A DNA stretch of 61,503 nt from Candidatus Thorarchaeota archaeon. GTDB taxonomy: Archaea; Asgardarchaeota; Thorarchaeia; Thorarchaeales; Thorarchaeaceae. Each line of letters opens with the position of its first letter. The stretch's first letter is position 1. The position numbers and the translations under genes are program-made. The notes below the pieces were generated by a model, which was given only the letters and a program-made list of their open reading frames with translations, searched no databases and was not told the DNA's origin. Shown piece after piece: positions 1 to 9,592 of this stretch. Location of the stretch: NCBI GenBank assembly GCA_020348985.1, contig CP070761.1:1459646-1521148 (forward strand), in the 5' to 3' direction.

Positions 1-936
1 TATGGAGGGTCTTCGGCCGTTATTCCGCCATATGAAATCACACCATTCCGAGGGATCAAAGAAATATGTGGTGATAAGGCGGAGATTGTTAACGATCCTT
101 CCAAGGCAGATTGTGCGATAGTTTTCGCAGGTCTTAATCACAGCAGAGGAATGGACTCTGAGTCCCGTGATAGGTCAACCTTACATCTACCTGAGACACA
201 AGTGGATCAAATAATCCGGACAGCAGAGGAGAATCCAAACACGATTGTTGTTCTAATCTCTGGCAGCCCCGTAGTTATGGACAACTGGATGGAGAATGTT
301 CCTGCCATTCTTGAGGCATGGTACGCTGGTATGCAGGGAGGCCAAGCAATAGCCAACGTCTTGTTCGGAAAGGTCAATCCGTCGGGCAAGCTGCCCATCA
401 CTTTTCCACGTAGATTGGAAGATTCGCCTCCACACTCATCCGGAGACTGCCGAACATATCCTGGTGATGAGCTCAAGAGAGTGTATTATGATGAAGGCAT
501 CTTCGTTGGTTATCGCTGGTTTGAGCACAGGATGGTTGTGCCTCTATTTCCATTTGGATATGGTCTGTCGTACACTGATTTCGAGCTAGAGAATTTGTGT
601 CTCGAAAAGGAGTCAGTTGCGGCCTCCAGTGAAAGCGTGTCTTTGAGTATTGATGTCACAAACACGGGGGAGTATGAGGGTTTCGAGACCGTCCAAGTGT
701 ACTCTCATGATATCGCATCCACTGTCGAGCGGCCCCCCAAGGAATTGGTTGGTTTTGAGAAGGTGTGGTTGAATCCCGGAGAAACAAAGGAAGCCTCAAT
801 AGGAATCAGGATTGCCGATCTTGCCTTCTACGATGTCATTTCAGCGGATTGGCTTGTCGAGAAGGGAGACTTTGAGCTTCTTGTTGGACCTTCCAGCAAT
901 GACATCAAGTGCAAGACTACATTCACGTATGGTTGA
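1..936 (+). CDS. GH3 beta-glucosidase, C-terminal part (5' end outside window)
   Basis: Frame is open from base 1 (YGGSSAV...). Has AILEAWYAGMQGG, NPSGKLPITFP, YDEGIFVGYRWF, PLFPFGYGLSYT and an Fn3-like C-terminal domain (ETVQVY...RPPKELVGFEKV). Confidence 0.93.
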   Translation, partial: YGGSSAVIPPYEITPFRGIKEICGDKAEIVNDPSKADCAIVFAGLNHSRGMDSESRDRSTLHLPETQVDQIIRTAEENPNTIVVLISGSPVVMDNWMENVPAILEAWYAGMQGGQAIANVLFGKVNPSGKLPITFPRRLEDSPPHSSGDCRTYPGDELKRVYYDEGIFVGYRWFEHRMVVPLFPFGYGLSYTDFELENLCLEKESVAASSESVSLSIDVTNTGEYEGFETVQVYSHDIASTVERPPKELVGFEKVWLNPGETKEASIGIRIADLAFYDVISADWLVEKGDFELLVGPSSNDIKCKTTFTYG

Positions 937-1116
937 CTTATAGAAAGAAGTTATGATATCAACCCGGAGCAGTCACAGGATTCACGGCATTCAGGTTTTG
1001 AGAGCTATCGTGCAGCCTGCATTGAGCCAGAAACTTAAGTGTCTGCCGCATCAGTTTCTAGACATGGTGGGAAATAGCTTTCTTCCCAGCGATTGAAAGT
1101 GTGCGATGGTGGATGG

Positions 1117-2019
1117 ATGATACGCTCTTCTAGGACCCTGGCATATGTCATTCCTATTGCAATCCTTTTTGGCTGTACATTGGGTCCCTTGAATTGTCTC
1201 TTCTTTGAAGACGAAATCTGCTCATCATGTGTTGAAAAGAGGACCGACGATCTGAACCTTGCATCGTCACCATCGGAATTCCAGCCGGCTCCTGACATGC
1301 ATAGGTGGATTGAACAGCCAACAAACCAGACTTTGGAGTACGGAGAGCGACTTCACTACAAAGTGAACATTTCTGAGTTTGCATTTGAATGGCGTGTGAG
1401 TGATGAGATTCATTTCAGCATCGGTGATGGATTAATAGTTGACAATTTCGTTTTGCCTATTGGGGAATACCTTCTTGGGATAATGGTGTGGGATATATCC
1501 TACGACCTGCTCCAGGCATGGATCTACATTATCGTGAGGGATTCTGTGATTCCTGTTCTGTCATCTCCGAGTGATGTGGAGATGACTCAAGGGGAACAGG
1601 GGAAAGCGTTATTGTGGACTGCATCGGACTCGAATCCGAGCAATTATCGGATTGTCAAGAACGGCTTTATTATTGAACAGGGCGATTGGACTGAACCCTT
1701 CAGGGAATTCGAGATAAGCCTGAACTACATTTCAGTGGGAACTCACACCTATACTCTGACAGTTGTTGACTTCGGCGGTAATTCTGTGTCTGATACTGCA
1801 AGGGTCTATGTCAATGCGAATGCAAGCTATGTAGAGAATACATCAACCACTGCATCATCAGGAGAGAACATTGGGGATTCCAAAGACGTCATATTCATGA
1901 GAGGGGGGGCGAGGATGGTGATGGAACTATATGCTGTGATTTCGATTAGCGGCCTCATAGTATTGGTCTCCATATCGATATTACTTGGAACACCTCAGGA
2001 ATTCACAGAGCCTGGCTAA
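1117..2019 (+). CDS. Secreted, membrane-anchored protein with Ig-like repeats
   Basis: N-terminal hydrophobic signal, beta-rich repeat (PVLSSPSD...WTASDSNP..Y...YTLTVVDFGGNSVSDT), Ser/Thr linker and C-terminal TM helix. The ATG at 1117 is preferred over the TTG at 1093. Confidence 0.7.
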   Translation: MIRSSRTLAYVIPIAILFGCTLGPLNCLFFEDEICSSCVEKRTDDLNLASSPSEFQPAPDMHRWIEQPTNQTLEYGERLHYKVNISEFAFEWRVSDEIHFSIGDGLIVDNFVLPIGEYLLGIMVWDISYDLLQAWIYIIVRDSVIPVLSSPSDVEMTQGEQGKALLWTASDSNPSNYRIVKNGFIIEQGDWTEPFREFEISLNYISVGTHTYTLTVVDFGGNSVSDTARVYVNANASYVENTSTTASSGENIGDSKDVIFMRGGARMVMELYAVISISGLIVLVSISILLGTPQEFTEPG

Positions 2020-2073
2020 ATAGTACCATAGAGGAACAGCCTTATCACCCAGACAGGCACCGAATATCCAGCG

Positions 2074-2367
2074 ATGCCAGTCAGAATCAAAGCAGTTCTT
2101 AGAGATCAAGCAATTCTCCAAATGCAACCGGGATCTCAGGATAGAATCATCTCTGTCTTTGAAAAGAACAGAGATAGACTAGTGAATCTCTCAAGCCTTT
2201 TGAAAGTAATGGGACTCCCCTTCGAAGACAGACTGAAAATGCTTCAAACCATGTCAGAACGAAATGAGCACATTTGGTTGGGAAACGAATCCGGTCAACA
2301 TGTGGTCTACATAAGCAACGCAGAACTCCCGCCAGAGATTGAACTACCCATGTACAAGTGGCAGTAG
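2074..2367 (+). CDS. Hypothetical protein (97 aa)
   Basis: ATG start, protein-like composition, fills the gap between neighbours; cttat TATA-like element at ~2041. Confidence 0.6.
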   Translation: MPVRIKAVLRDQAILQMQPGSQDRIISVFEKNRDRLVNLSSLLKVMGLPFEDRLKMLQTMSERNEHIWLGNESGQHVVYISNAELPPEIELPMYKWQ

Positions 2368-2387
2368 CTGACAGAGCTGAGTTTCTT

Positions 2388-3152
2388 CTACACTATTTCG
2401 AGTTCCCTGCGTCGTCTCATGCCTTCTTCTACTGCCTCTCGGCATCTCTTGCTAAGCTTCTTCGGAAGCTTCACTCTTGTGCTCTTGGCTCTGTCTAATA
2501 GATGCATTATTTCACCAGTGACTCTCAGCAAGGATTCAGTGACGTCATCGGATTTGGAGGCCTCTTCGGAATCAGCACATCGCTCCTTGTCCAAAAGAAG
2601 GTCGAATTGCAGCAGATGAATTTCGAGAAGACGTCTAAGACTCGATGACTTGTAATTGGAGTCTATGGCGACTTCCTCAATCTCTTCCTCTTTGTGAGAA
2701 AGAACCATCAGAATGGGTTCATATGCCATGTGCTTGGAAGAATGTGTCTCGAGATGATTCTGGGCCACCATTTCTGCATCCTCGATTCGCTCACTCTCCA
2801 ACAATATTCTGCAAAGTTCGTATACAATCAAGTGCCCTGCCGGGTTCCTCTTTAGGTAGAATCTGTATTCACGTTCAGCTTCGGATGAGCGGTCCGAATT
2901 ATCCAGAAGGCGACCAAGGAAGAGCGTGGCCGGCTCGTGAGTAGGATCCGACTGGAGGATTGATCTAAGCAGAGATTCCGATTCGTCCTCCCTGTGAATC
3001 ACAGAAAGACACCTGGCGAGCTGTAGCTTAAGTTCCGAGTTTTTCGGATGTCTGTCAATGGCATCTAACAGTGCCTCAATAGTCTCAAAGATTTGCTCTT
3101 CTTCAAGCAGACAGGCATCTAGCTCAAGAAGATCATCAATGTTATTCTCCAA
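2388..3152 (-). CDS. TPR-repeat protein
   Basis: Helical repeats with TPR-like patterns (HPKNSELKLQLARCL, DPTHEPATLFLGRLL, NPAGHLIVYELCRIL). Confidence 0.7.
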   Translation of the reverse strand: MENNIDDLLELDACLLEEEQIFETIEALLDAIDRHPKNSELKLQLARCLSVIHREDESESLLRSILQSDPTHEPATLFLGRLLDNSDRSSEAEREYRFYLKRNPAGHLIVYELCRILLESERIEDAEMVAQNHLETHSSKHMAYEPILMVLSHKEEEIEEVAIDSNYKSSSLRRLLEIHLLQFDLLLDKERCADSEEASKSDDVTESLLRVTGEIMHLLDRAKSTRVKLPKKLSKRCREAVEEGMRRRRELEIV

Positions 3153-3332
3153 GGCACTTCATCACTCAAGACCCAATGCAGACTTGTGTTTTTCTCGAGG
3201 AATCAGTATATTACAATTTCCAGCGGTAGCATGAAAGTCAGGATTGCCTGTGATGTGCTAGATGAAGGACGTGCGCAAACTTTGCAGACGTCTTTTTATG
3301 CACATCATCAACCAGCTCAATGGGTACAGATT

Positions 3333-4772
3333 ATGTTGAGAGTCTATAACACGCTCTCTCGATCAAAGGAAGCGTTTGTGCCACTTGAAGGAAACACAGT
3401 CCGAATGTACGTATGTGGTCCCACAGTGTACGACTATCCACACATTGGCAATGCAAGGTCCTTTGCAGTCTTTGACACGATTCGACGGTATCTCGAATAC
3501 AAGGGATTCCGAGTATTCTACATTACTAACGTCACTGACATTGACGACAAGATGATCAATCGTGCTGGTGAGGAAGGAGTTTCAGTGGCTGAACTTGCGG
3601 CGAAGTTTATAGCTGAGTATCTCCTGATTGCTGAACAGCTGAACCTTCTGCCAGCAAACATCAATCCAAGAGCTACAGAACACATCGATGGAATTATTGA
3701 GATGGTTGAGCTAATCGTCAAGAACGGAAAGGGATACGTTGTTGATGGCGATGTCTACTTCGATGTCAGTGAATGGTCTGACTACGGCGTTCTGTCCAAG
3801 ATTCCCTTGGAAGAATTGAATGCTCGTGCGAGAGTGGATGTAGACGAGAAGAAACAGGATCCTCGTGACTTCGCGCTCTGGAAGGCTGAGAAGCCCGGAG
3901 AGCCTTCATGGGACAGCCCGTGGGGCAAGGGAAGACCCGGCTGGCATGCTGAATGTTCGGTGATGGGTGCGCACTATCTTGGCATCCCCTTTGACATTCA
4001 CGGAGGGGGACAGGACCTAATATTCCCTCACCATGAGAACGAGATAGCTCAGTCGGCTGCTGCCTATAGTGAGAAGACCCCTGTCAAGTATTGGCTCCAC
4101 AACGGATTCCTAACTATCAACGCGGAGAAAATGTCCAAGTCTGAAGGGAATTTCTTTACCGCCAGAGAGGTGCTCGACAACTATGACCACCAAGCTGTGA
4201 GATTCTATCTTGTCACAGGTCAGTACCGTCAGCCCTTAGACTACAATGCCGATGCATTACAGCAGGCCATTCAGTCCCTCGAGAGAATAAAGAACGCCGC
4301 AGACTTGTTACGCGGCAGAGTGTCGATCCTGGAGAAGCGTGGAAGTAGAGAAACCGATGCTGACAAGAAGTTAGCATCAGCAAAGGGTGTTGTCAAACAA
4401 GAATTCGAGAATGAAATGGATGACGACTTCAACACTCCGGGAGCGCTTGCTGCAATCTTCACATTTGTGAAGGAGATCAATACCTATGCTGGCGAGGTTG
4501 GAGGTGCAGCTGTTCTTCGCGAAGCTCTTGCCATTCTCACTGAGCTTGTCGGGATTCTAGGTGTTGACCTCGACAAGGCGTCTGGAGACCTGTCTGAAGG
4601 TGGTGAAGCGGCAGAAACCCTGAAGGGTGTTGTGAATTTCTTGCTGGAACTCCGAGAGAGTGCACGAGCCTCCAAAGACTATGCTACTTCTGACAAGATC
4701 AGGGATAGGCTTGCTGAACTGGGGATAGAAGTGACTGATACCAAAGATGGCCCCACGTGGAAGATCAGCTAG
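3333..4772 (+). CDS. cysS: Cysteinyl-tRNA synthetase
   Basis: MLRVYNTL start, MYVCGPTVY, HIGN, GRPGWHAECS, DLIFPHHENE, KMSKS and a DALR anticodon domain. Confidence 0.98.
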   Translation: MLRVYNTLSRSKEAFVPLEGNTVRMYVCGPTVYDYPHIGNARSFAVFDTIRRYLEYKGFRVFYITNVTDIDDKMINRAGEEGVSVAELAAKFIAEYLLIAEQLNLLPANINPRATEHIDGIIEMVELIVKNGKGYVVDGDVYFDVSEWSDYGVLSKIPLEELNARARVDVDEKKQDPRDFALWKAEKPGEPSWDSPWGKGRPGWHAECSVMGAHYLGIPFDIHGGGQDLIFPHHENEIAQSAAAYSEKTPVKYWLHNGFLTINAEKMSKSEGNFFTAREVLDNYDHQAVRFYLVTGQYRQPLDYNADALQQAIQSLERIKNAADLLRGRVSILEKRGSRETDADKKLASAKGVVKQEFENEMDDDFNTPGALAAIFTFVKEINTYAGEVGGAAVLREALAILTELVGILGVDLDKASGDLSEGGEAAETLKGVVNFLLELRESARASKDYATSDKIRDRLAELGIEVTDTKDGPTWKIS

Positions 4773-4852
4773 CCATGCAAAACCACGCTAAAAAATCACA
4801 ATTCCAAACGTAGAGGTGGGCAGTCTATCTGCTCCCTCTCTTAAACCTTGGA

Positions 4853-6235
4853 CTATTCTATCTGATTCTTGACATTAACCAGGAGACCTGGGTCGCCCAG
4901 AACGTAGACCTTCGGGTTGGGATTCTCCTCGATGAATCTGTCTACAAGTTCACGAAGGACTCTTTGACTCTCTTCGGGTGAATGTGGATTACATGCCTCC
5001 ATGCGGTAGGTCTCTCTCATCATAGCGGAATCAAGCTCTGTAACGATCTTGATGTTCCCCTCGGCAACGTCCAAGAGAATTCTGAACAAATCTGGAGGTT
5101 TCTGGTTGCCGATCTTGAAGACTTCTTCATTGCAGTACTTCTCGATAACATACCTAAGTGCATCGCTGACTTCTAGATCCTTTGCCGATTCCATGGCTTC
5201 AGCGTATCCATCACTGCCTATGCCCTCTTGACATGGAGCAAGAAGAACAATCCACCCCTTCTTGTCATGACGAATAGCATTCCAGGCGGCATGGATACCC
5301 TTTCCGGCCTGATAGAGGTTCAGACCTAATTCACCTACGGACACAAACACAAGATCAGCCGGCACGTCGACATCCACAACTCTTAGCTTGTATAGAGGTT
5401 CGTGTGCAGCCTTGTGGCATTCGATGAGGTCTCCAGCTTGAAGGTAGACGATCTCCCCGTGATTCACAATGGTGTCTATGCAAAACATTGGAAGGAATTC
5501 TTTCACCTTCGTAGCGATCTCAATCATATCCTGGATTACGGGGTTACCATCGCAATTTCCAAGCCTGCACCCTTCAACGAATCCCTTCTCAAGGTCAAAC
5601 ATACGCGGATGATTGATTCTGATTGTCTCTCTCCCAGCAACTCCTGGACAGAAAAGCTTCACAGTCCCTGCCTGTCCGGCGAAGTAGTGGTATTCAGAGT
5701 CGCTCAGCACTATGAGCATACATGAATCGAGAACACGTTCATCGATGTATATCGGTGATCCCGCAGATGAGTCTCCAACAAAACGATTCCCCGAATCGCA
5801 ATCATGAGTCAACACATTGTCCTTCCACTCATCGAAGAGCTCGGTGTTTAGAATCATATTCCCAACCTGTTCCATGGTTGGTTGCTTATGTGAACCTGTG
5901 GCAATCATGATACCAATGTCTACCTTTGCAACACCACCATCGAGCAAACGCTTCGTTACGTGCGGCAACAAAGCGCGAGTATGATGATTGGGGCGAGTAT
6001 TGTCATCAACAATAATCATTACTCGTTTTCCCGCCACGTAGGATTCCTTGACAAGTTCATCGAACGGTTTTGATCCTAACGGGTCTCGGAGTACCGCATC
6101 TAGCTTAGCTTCAAAGTCTGTGAAGTCTGGAACGTATTTCTCAACGTCCAGAATCGTAACATCAGTCACACTGGAGGGGATGAACTCATCAACAACAACG
6201 TGACCATACTTGAGTGGAGTTTTGTGCCAAGTCAT
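4853..6235 (-). CDS. larA: LarA-family (nickel-pincer-dependent) lactate/2-hydroxyacid racemase or epimerase
   Basis: DDNTRP, ATGSH, HYFAGQAGTVK and NLYQAGKG match LarA motifs. Substrate is not determinable. Start at ATG 6235 is inferred. Confidence 0.8.
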   Translation of the reverse strand: MTWHKTPLKYGHVVVDEFIPSSVTDVTILDVEKYVPDFTDFEAKLDAVLRDPLGSKPFDELVKESYVAGKRVMIIVDDNTRPNHHTRALLPHVTKRLLDGGVAKVDIGIMIATGSHKQPTMEQVGNMILNTELFDEWKDNVLTHDCDSGNRFVGDSSAGSPIYIDERVLDSCMLIVLSDSEYHYFAGQAGTVKLFCPGVAGRETIRINHPRMFDLEKGFVEGCRLGNCDGNPVIQDMIEIATKVKEFLPMFCIDTIVNHGEIVYLQAGDLIECHKAAHEPLYKLRVVDVDVPADLVFVSVGELGLNLYQAGKGIHAAWNAIRHDKKGWIVLLAPCQEGIGSDGYAEAMESAKDLEVSDALRYVIEKYCNEEVFKIGNQKPPDLFRILLDVAEGNIKIVTELDSAMMRETYRMEACNPHSPEESQRVLRELVDRFIEENPNPKVYVLGDPGLLVNVKNQIE

Positions 6236-6332
6236 ACGAAATCCTAACACCGGATGTCGATGAAACTGCTTGTAACGATTGTGGTTCTGGCCCTAGCCCC
6301 GCCTCCAATTCAGATTGTGCTTTTGACAATGC

Positions 6333-6356
6333 TTATAAGTTAGACACGTCTAACTT
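6333..6356 (+). promoter_or_regulatory. TATA box overlapped by a perfect palindromic operator upstream of the feo operon
   Basis: TTATAA at 6333-6338; AAGTTAGAC-AC-GTCTAACTT at 6337-6356 (9-bp perfect inverted repeat), resembling TTAG..CTAA-type DtxR/MntR-family operators. Confidence 0.7.
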
Positions 6357-6431
6357 TGTTTGTTTGAATGTGACGTGGTTTTGGCGTCAGTCACACGCCA
6401 GTCCAACTTCTTCTGAAGAGGCAATATAACG

Positions 6432-6758
6432 ATGGACGATAAAGGGACAGAATCTGAGGAAGTAAGCACATCACACGTGATGCTGTCTTCAGTCCGTCCT
6501 GGAACTACTGTGAAGCTAATTGGGATAGCGACTTGGTATGGTCATGGCCGTAACCGCCACGGTCATCATCACCATGGTCGGTTTGGCCGACACCGTGGCA
6601 TATGGAGAAGGCTGCTGGAGTTGGGTCTAACTAAAGGTTGTACTTTCGAGGTTGTCCAAGCAGGTAGTCATGGCCCAATTCTTGTTCAGGTCAGAGGAAC
6701 CCGGATAGCACTAGGTAGGGGCATCGTCGATCGAATCATCGTAGAGGTTGTGTCCTGA
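6432..6758 (+). CDS. feoA: FeoA ferrous iron transport protein with a His-rich insertion
   Basis: RRLLELGLTKG...GPILVQVRGTRIALGRG; lies directly upstream of feoB. Confidence 0.92.
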   Translation: MDDKGTESEEVSTSHVMLSSVRPGTTVKLIGIATWYGHGRNRHGHHHHGRFGRHRGIWRRLLELGLTKGCTFEVVQAGSHGPILVQVRGTRIALGRGIVDRIIVEVVS

Positions 6759-7555
6759 TGTCATCGTCTATCAAGGTTGCACTGATTGGCAATCCAAATG
6801 TGGGCAAGTCAGTTATCTTCAACAATCTGACTGGGTCAAAGCAGCATACTGGAAATTGGCCTGGAAAGACAGTCGAGAAAAAGGAGGGCTTCTTCGATTT
6901 CGAAGGTTACAAATTCGAAGTTGTGGATCTTCCAGGAGTCTACAGTCTGAGCGCATTATCAGAGGATGAAAGAGTTGCTCGTCAATACCTCATTGACCAT
7001 CGTCCAGACGTTGTCGTAGACATACTGAATGCGTCACAGCTGGAAAGGAATCTGTATCTGACGCTGTTGCTCATAGAGCTCCAAGTGAACCTAGTCATTG
7101 TACTGAATATGCAAGATGTGGTCGAATCCAAAGGAGACAGAATCGACGCTGAGGCGTTGGCACGACGCTTGAAGACGCCCCTTGTGACCACAACAGCGAC
7201 AAAGAAGGAAGGAATGGACGACCTCAAGAGAGCGATTCTCGACGCGATTCCCGAATGCAGACATGATAGAGAACACATGCCTGGAGACCTCAACGGAGGA
7301 GACGACCAGCATTACCATCCTAGATATCATCACCATGGAGAGTATGAACGACTCCGGCCTGCAACAGTGAGATACAGTAGGGAAATAGAGGTTGCACTCG
7401 GCAAGATTGTGAGGATAATCAGTAAAGACCGAGAGCTTTCTGAAAGATACCCCCCTAGATGGATAGCTCTTAGGATTCTCGAGAATGATCCAGAAATCCT
7501 GTCCCTCATCACGGATGAGGAAATGAGGTTCTTAGTCTCGGAGGTCAGGCTATGA
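6758..7555 (+). CDS. feoB: FeoB N-terminal GTPase/helical domain (split FeoB, part 1)
   Basis: GNPNVGKS, GNWPGKTVE, DLPGVYSL, ERNLYL and NMQD motifs. Confidence 0.93.
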   Translation: MSSSIKVALIGNPNVGKSVIFNNLTGSKQHTGNWPGKTVEKKEGFFDFEGYKFEVVDLPGVYSLSALSEDERVARQYLIDHRPDVVVDILNASQLERNLYLTLLLIELQVNLVIVLNMQDVVESKGDRIDAEALARRLKTPLVTTTATKKEGMDDLKRAILDAIPECRHDREHMPGDLNGGDDQHYHPRYHHHGEYERLRPATVRYSREIEVALGKIVRIISKDRELSERYPPRWIALRILENDPEILSLITDEEMRFLVSEVRL

Positions 7556-8853
7556 TTGAGCAGGACCTCTCAATAGAGGATGAGCTGGATGCTGAGATAA
7601 TCTTGGCTGACCAGAGGTACGAAATCATAGGCGACATCCTTTGTGAGGTGTATCAAGAGGGTTCTGAAAAGTGGACACTCAGTGATATGCTTGACAAGGT
7701 ATTCTTGCACAATTACCTCGGGATTCCCGTTTTCCTGGTCATTGTATGGACCATGTTTCATTTCACATTTCAGGTCTCTTTGGTATTCATGGCAATGATT
7801 GAGGCGGCCTTTTCGCTCTTGGGAGGCCTAACAGCGCAGATCCCCGTCCCCTGGCTTGCATCCCTTCTGACTGATGGCATCATAGGAGGCGTCGGATTCA
7901 TTCTCGTCTTCGTTCCACCTATCTTCTTCATGTACTTCGCAATCTCAATCCTTGAAGACAGTGGATACTTGGCCAGAGCCGCGTTTGTGATGGACAGGGT
8001 CATGGTCAAGATGGGGCTACATGGCAGGTCTTTCATACCCTTGCTGATTGGCTTTGGATGTAATGTCCCAGCGGTTATGGCAGCCAGGACAGTGGATGGA
8101 GATGCAAACAGGCTAACCACAATTCTTGTGAGTCCGCTAATGTCCTGCGCAGCGAGGTTGCCGGTTTACGTTCTGATTGCAGGAGTATTCTTCCCGGCAT
8201 ACGCAGGAACTGTCATTTTCCTTCTCTATCTGCTTGGAATAGTCTTTGCAGTCGTAATGGCACTTGTATTCAAGAAGACTCTGTTTAGAGAAGAGTCTGC
8301 GCCCTTTCTAATGGAGCTCCCGATGTATCAGAGACCTACATTCCATGGATCCGTTGTGCACATGTGGGAGCGCGGCGTGTTGTTTCTGAAGAAAGCCGGA
8401 ACATTCCTGATGCTAGGGGCAATCACCTTATGGTTCATGTCGTATGTGGGACCTGGAGGTATCGGTGTCTCGGTGGAGGATTCGTTTGTTTCAATCCTCG
8501 GGAAGGCGGCAGAACCCATCTTTGCGCCGCTTGGATTCGATTGGCAGATCATCACGGGGTTAATCTTTGGGCTGCTCGCCAAGGAGTTTGTCGTGGAGTC
8601 TCTTGGAATCATCTATTCTGTTGAAGGCAACCTGGCTATAGGAGCGGCACTCGCAAGCAGTCTTTCAACTGTTTCAGCTTTTGCCTTACTCGTCTTTGTG
8701 CTATTGTACACGCCTTGCATAGCGACTGTCGGTGTGATAAGACGAGAAACTGGCTCATCCAAGTGGGCACTGTTCTCTGTAGTGTATCAACTAATACTCG
8801 CGTATGCAGTAGCTCTTCTGGTCATCACTGTAGGAGGTCTCGTCTTTGTCTGA
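7552..8853 (+). CDS. feoB: FeoB membrane permease domain (split FeoB, part 2)
   Basis: LEDSGYLARAAF, GFGCNVPA, PLMSCAARLPVY, FLMELP and LYTPC motifs; ATGA overlap with the upstream gene and GGAGGT SD. Confidence 0.93.
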   Translation: MIEQDLSIEDELDAEIILADQRYEIIGDILCEVYQEGSEKWTLSDMLDKVFLHNYLGIPVFLVIVWTMFHFTFQVSLVFMAMIEAAFSLLGGLTAQIPVPWLASLLTDGIIGGVGFILVFVPPIFFMYFAISILEDSGYLARAAFVMDRVMVKMGLHGRSFIPLLIGFGCNVPAVMAARTVDGDANRLTTILVSPLMSCAARLPVYVLIAGVFFPAYAGTVIFLLYLLGIVFAVVMALVFKKTLFREESAPFLMELPMYQRPTFHGSVVHMWERGVLFLKKAGTFLMLGAITLWFMSYVGPGGIGVSVEDSFVSILGKAAEPIFAPLGFDWQIITGLIFGLLAKEFVVESLGIIYSVEGNLAIGAALASSLSTVSAFALLVFVLLYTPCIATVGVIRRETGSSKWALFSVVYQLILAYAVALLVITVGGLVFV

Positions 8854-9307
8854 CGAATACAATGAGAGGGTGCTCGCACTATATGCCATCACAGTAGCAA
8901 TTGCCTACGGTGCTGCGGGTGTACTTCAAATCCTTTCTGGAGTCGGACTTGTGCAAATCAGTTATGTTGGATCCGATATGATTGCAGGGCTAATGGTACT
9001 AGTAGTTGCCCTTGTGTTTTCTGCAGGTGTCAAACCCCTTCTCGCCTCAAACCGGGAAGGAATTGCATTCTTCGTGGTAGGCAGTGTTCTTGCCTCGATT
9101 CTCTTCATCCTTCAAGTCTTGATTGTCGGAACGAATCTCATAGGCTGGGTGCTGAGGTTTGAGGATTGGCTCTCTTGGAGTGTCTTGAATGACCTCACTC
9201 CATCGATCTGGTTGTATCCGATAGCATCGATTGCGCTGGTTGGGGAAAGGACTGGAAAACTGACTATTACGTCCTTAGGGCCTGATTCTAGCGAGGTGAC
9301 AGAATGA
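8846..9307 (+). CDS. Integral membrane protein of the feo operon
   Basis: 3-4 hydrophobic helices; overlaps both neighbours. Confidence 0.65.
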   Translation: MSDEYNERVLALYAITVAIAYGAAGVLQILSGVGLVQISYVGSDMIAGLMVLVVALVFSAGVKPLLASNREGIAFFVVGSVLASILFILQVLIVGTNLIGWVLRFEDWLSWSVLNDLTPSIWLYPIASIALVGERTGKLTITSLGPDSSEVTE

Positions 9308-9573
9308 TAAAGGAGATACTCGCTCTCATAGCTAGCGCCGAGCACACACTTCACCGGGATATCGCCAAAGAGATGGGGATATCAACCGAGACGCTGGAGG
9401 ATATCCTGAAACTGCTGCTCAGGAAAGGATTCCTTGAATCCCCTGACTGTACTCCTAGTGAACGGAGTTCTTGTGTCCACTGTCCATCAGCGGAGAGTTG
9501 TGCATCTCTAGATGATGTTGGCACTGTCTACTACATAACTCCTAAAGGTCTGAGACATGCGGGTTTGAATTGA
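9304..9573 (+). CDS. feoC: FeoC-like winged-helix protein with a Cys cluster
   Basis: HTH (DIAKEMGISTETLEDILKLLLRKG) plus C-x7-C-x2-C-x5-C; last gene of the feo operon. Confidence 0.75.
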   Translation: MIKEILALIASAEHTLHRDIAKEMGISTETLEDILKLLLRKGFLESPDCTPSERSSCVHCPSAESCASLDDVGTVYYITPKGLRHAGLN

Positions 9574-9592
9574 ATCTTGGGCGGCCTCTGAT

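Noticed and set aside
7540-7560. feoB frameshift pseudogene
   Set aside because: The clean ATGA overlap, dedicated SD and intact motifs in both halves favour a real two-gene arrangement.
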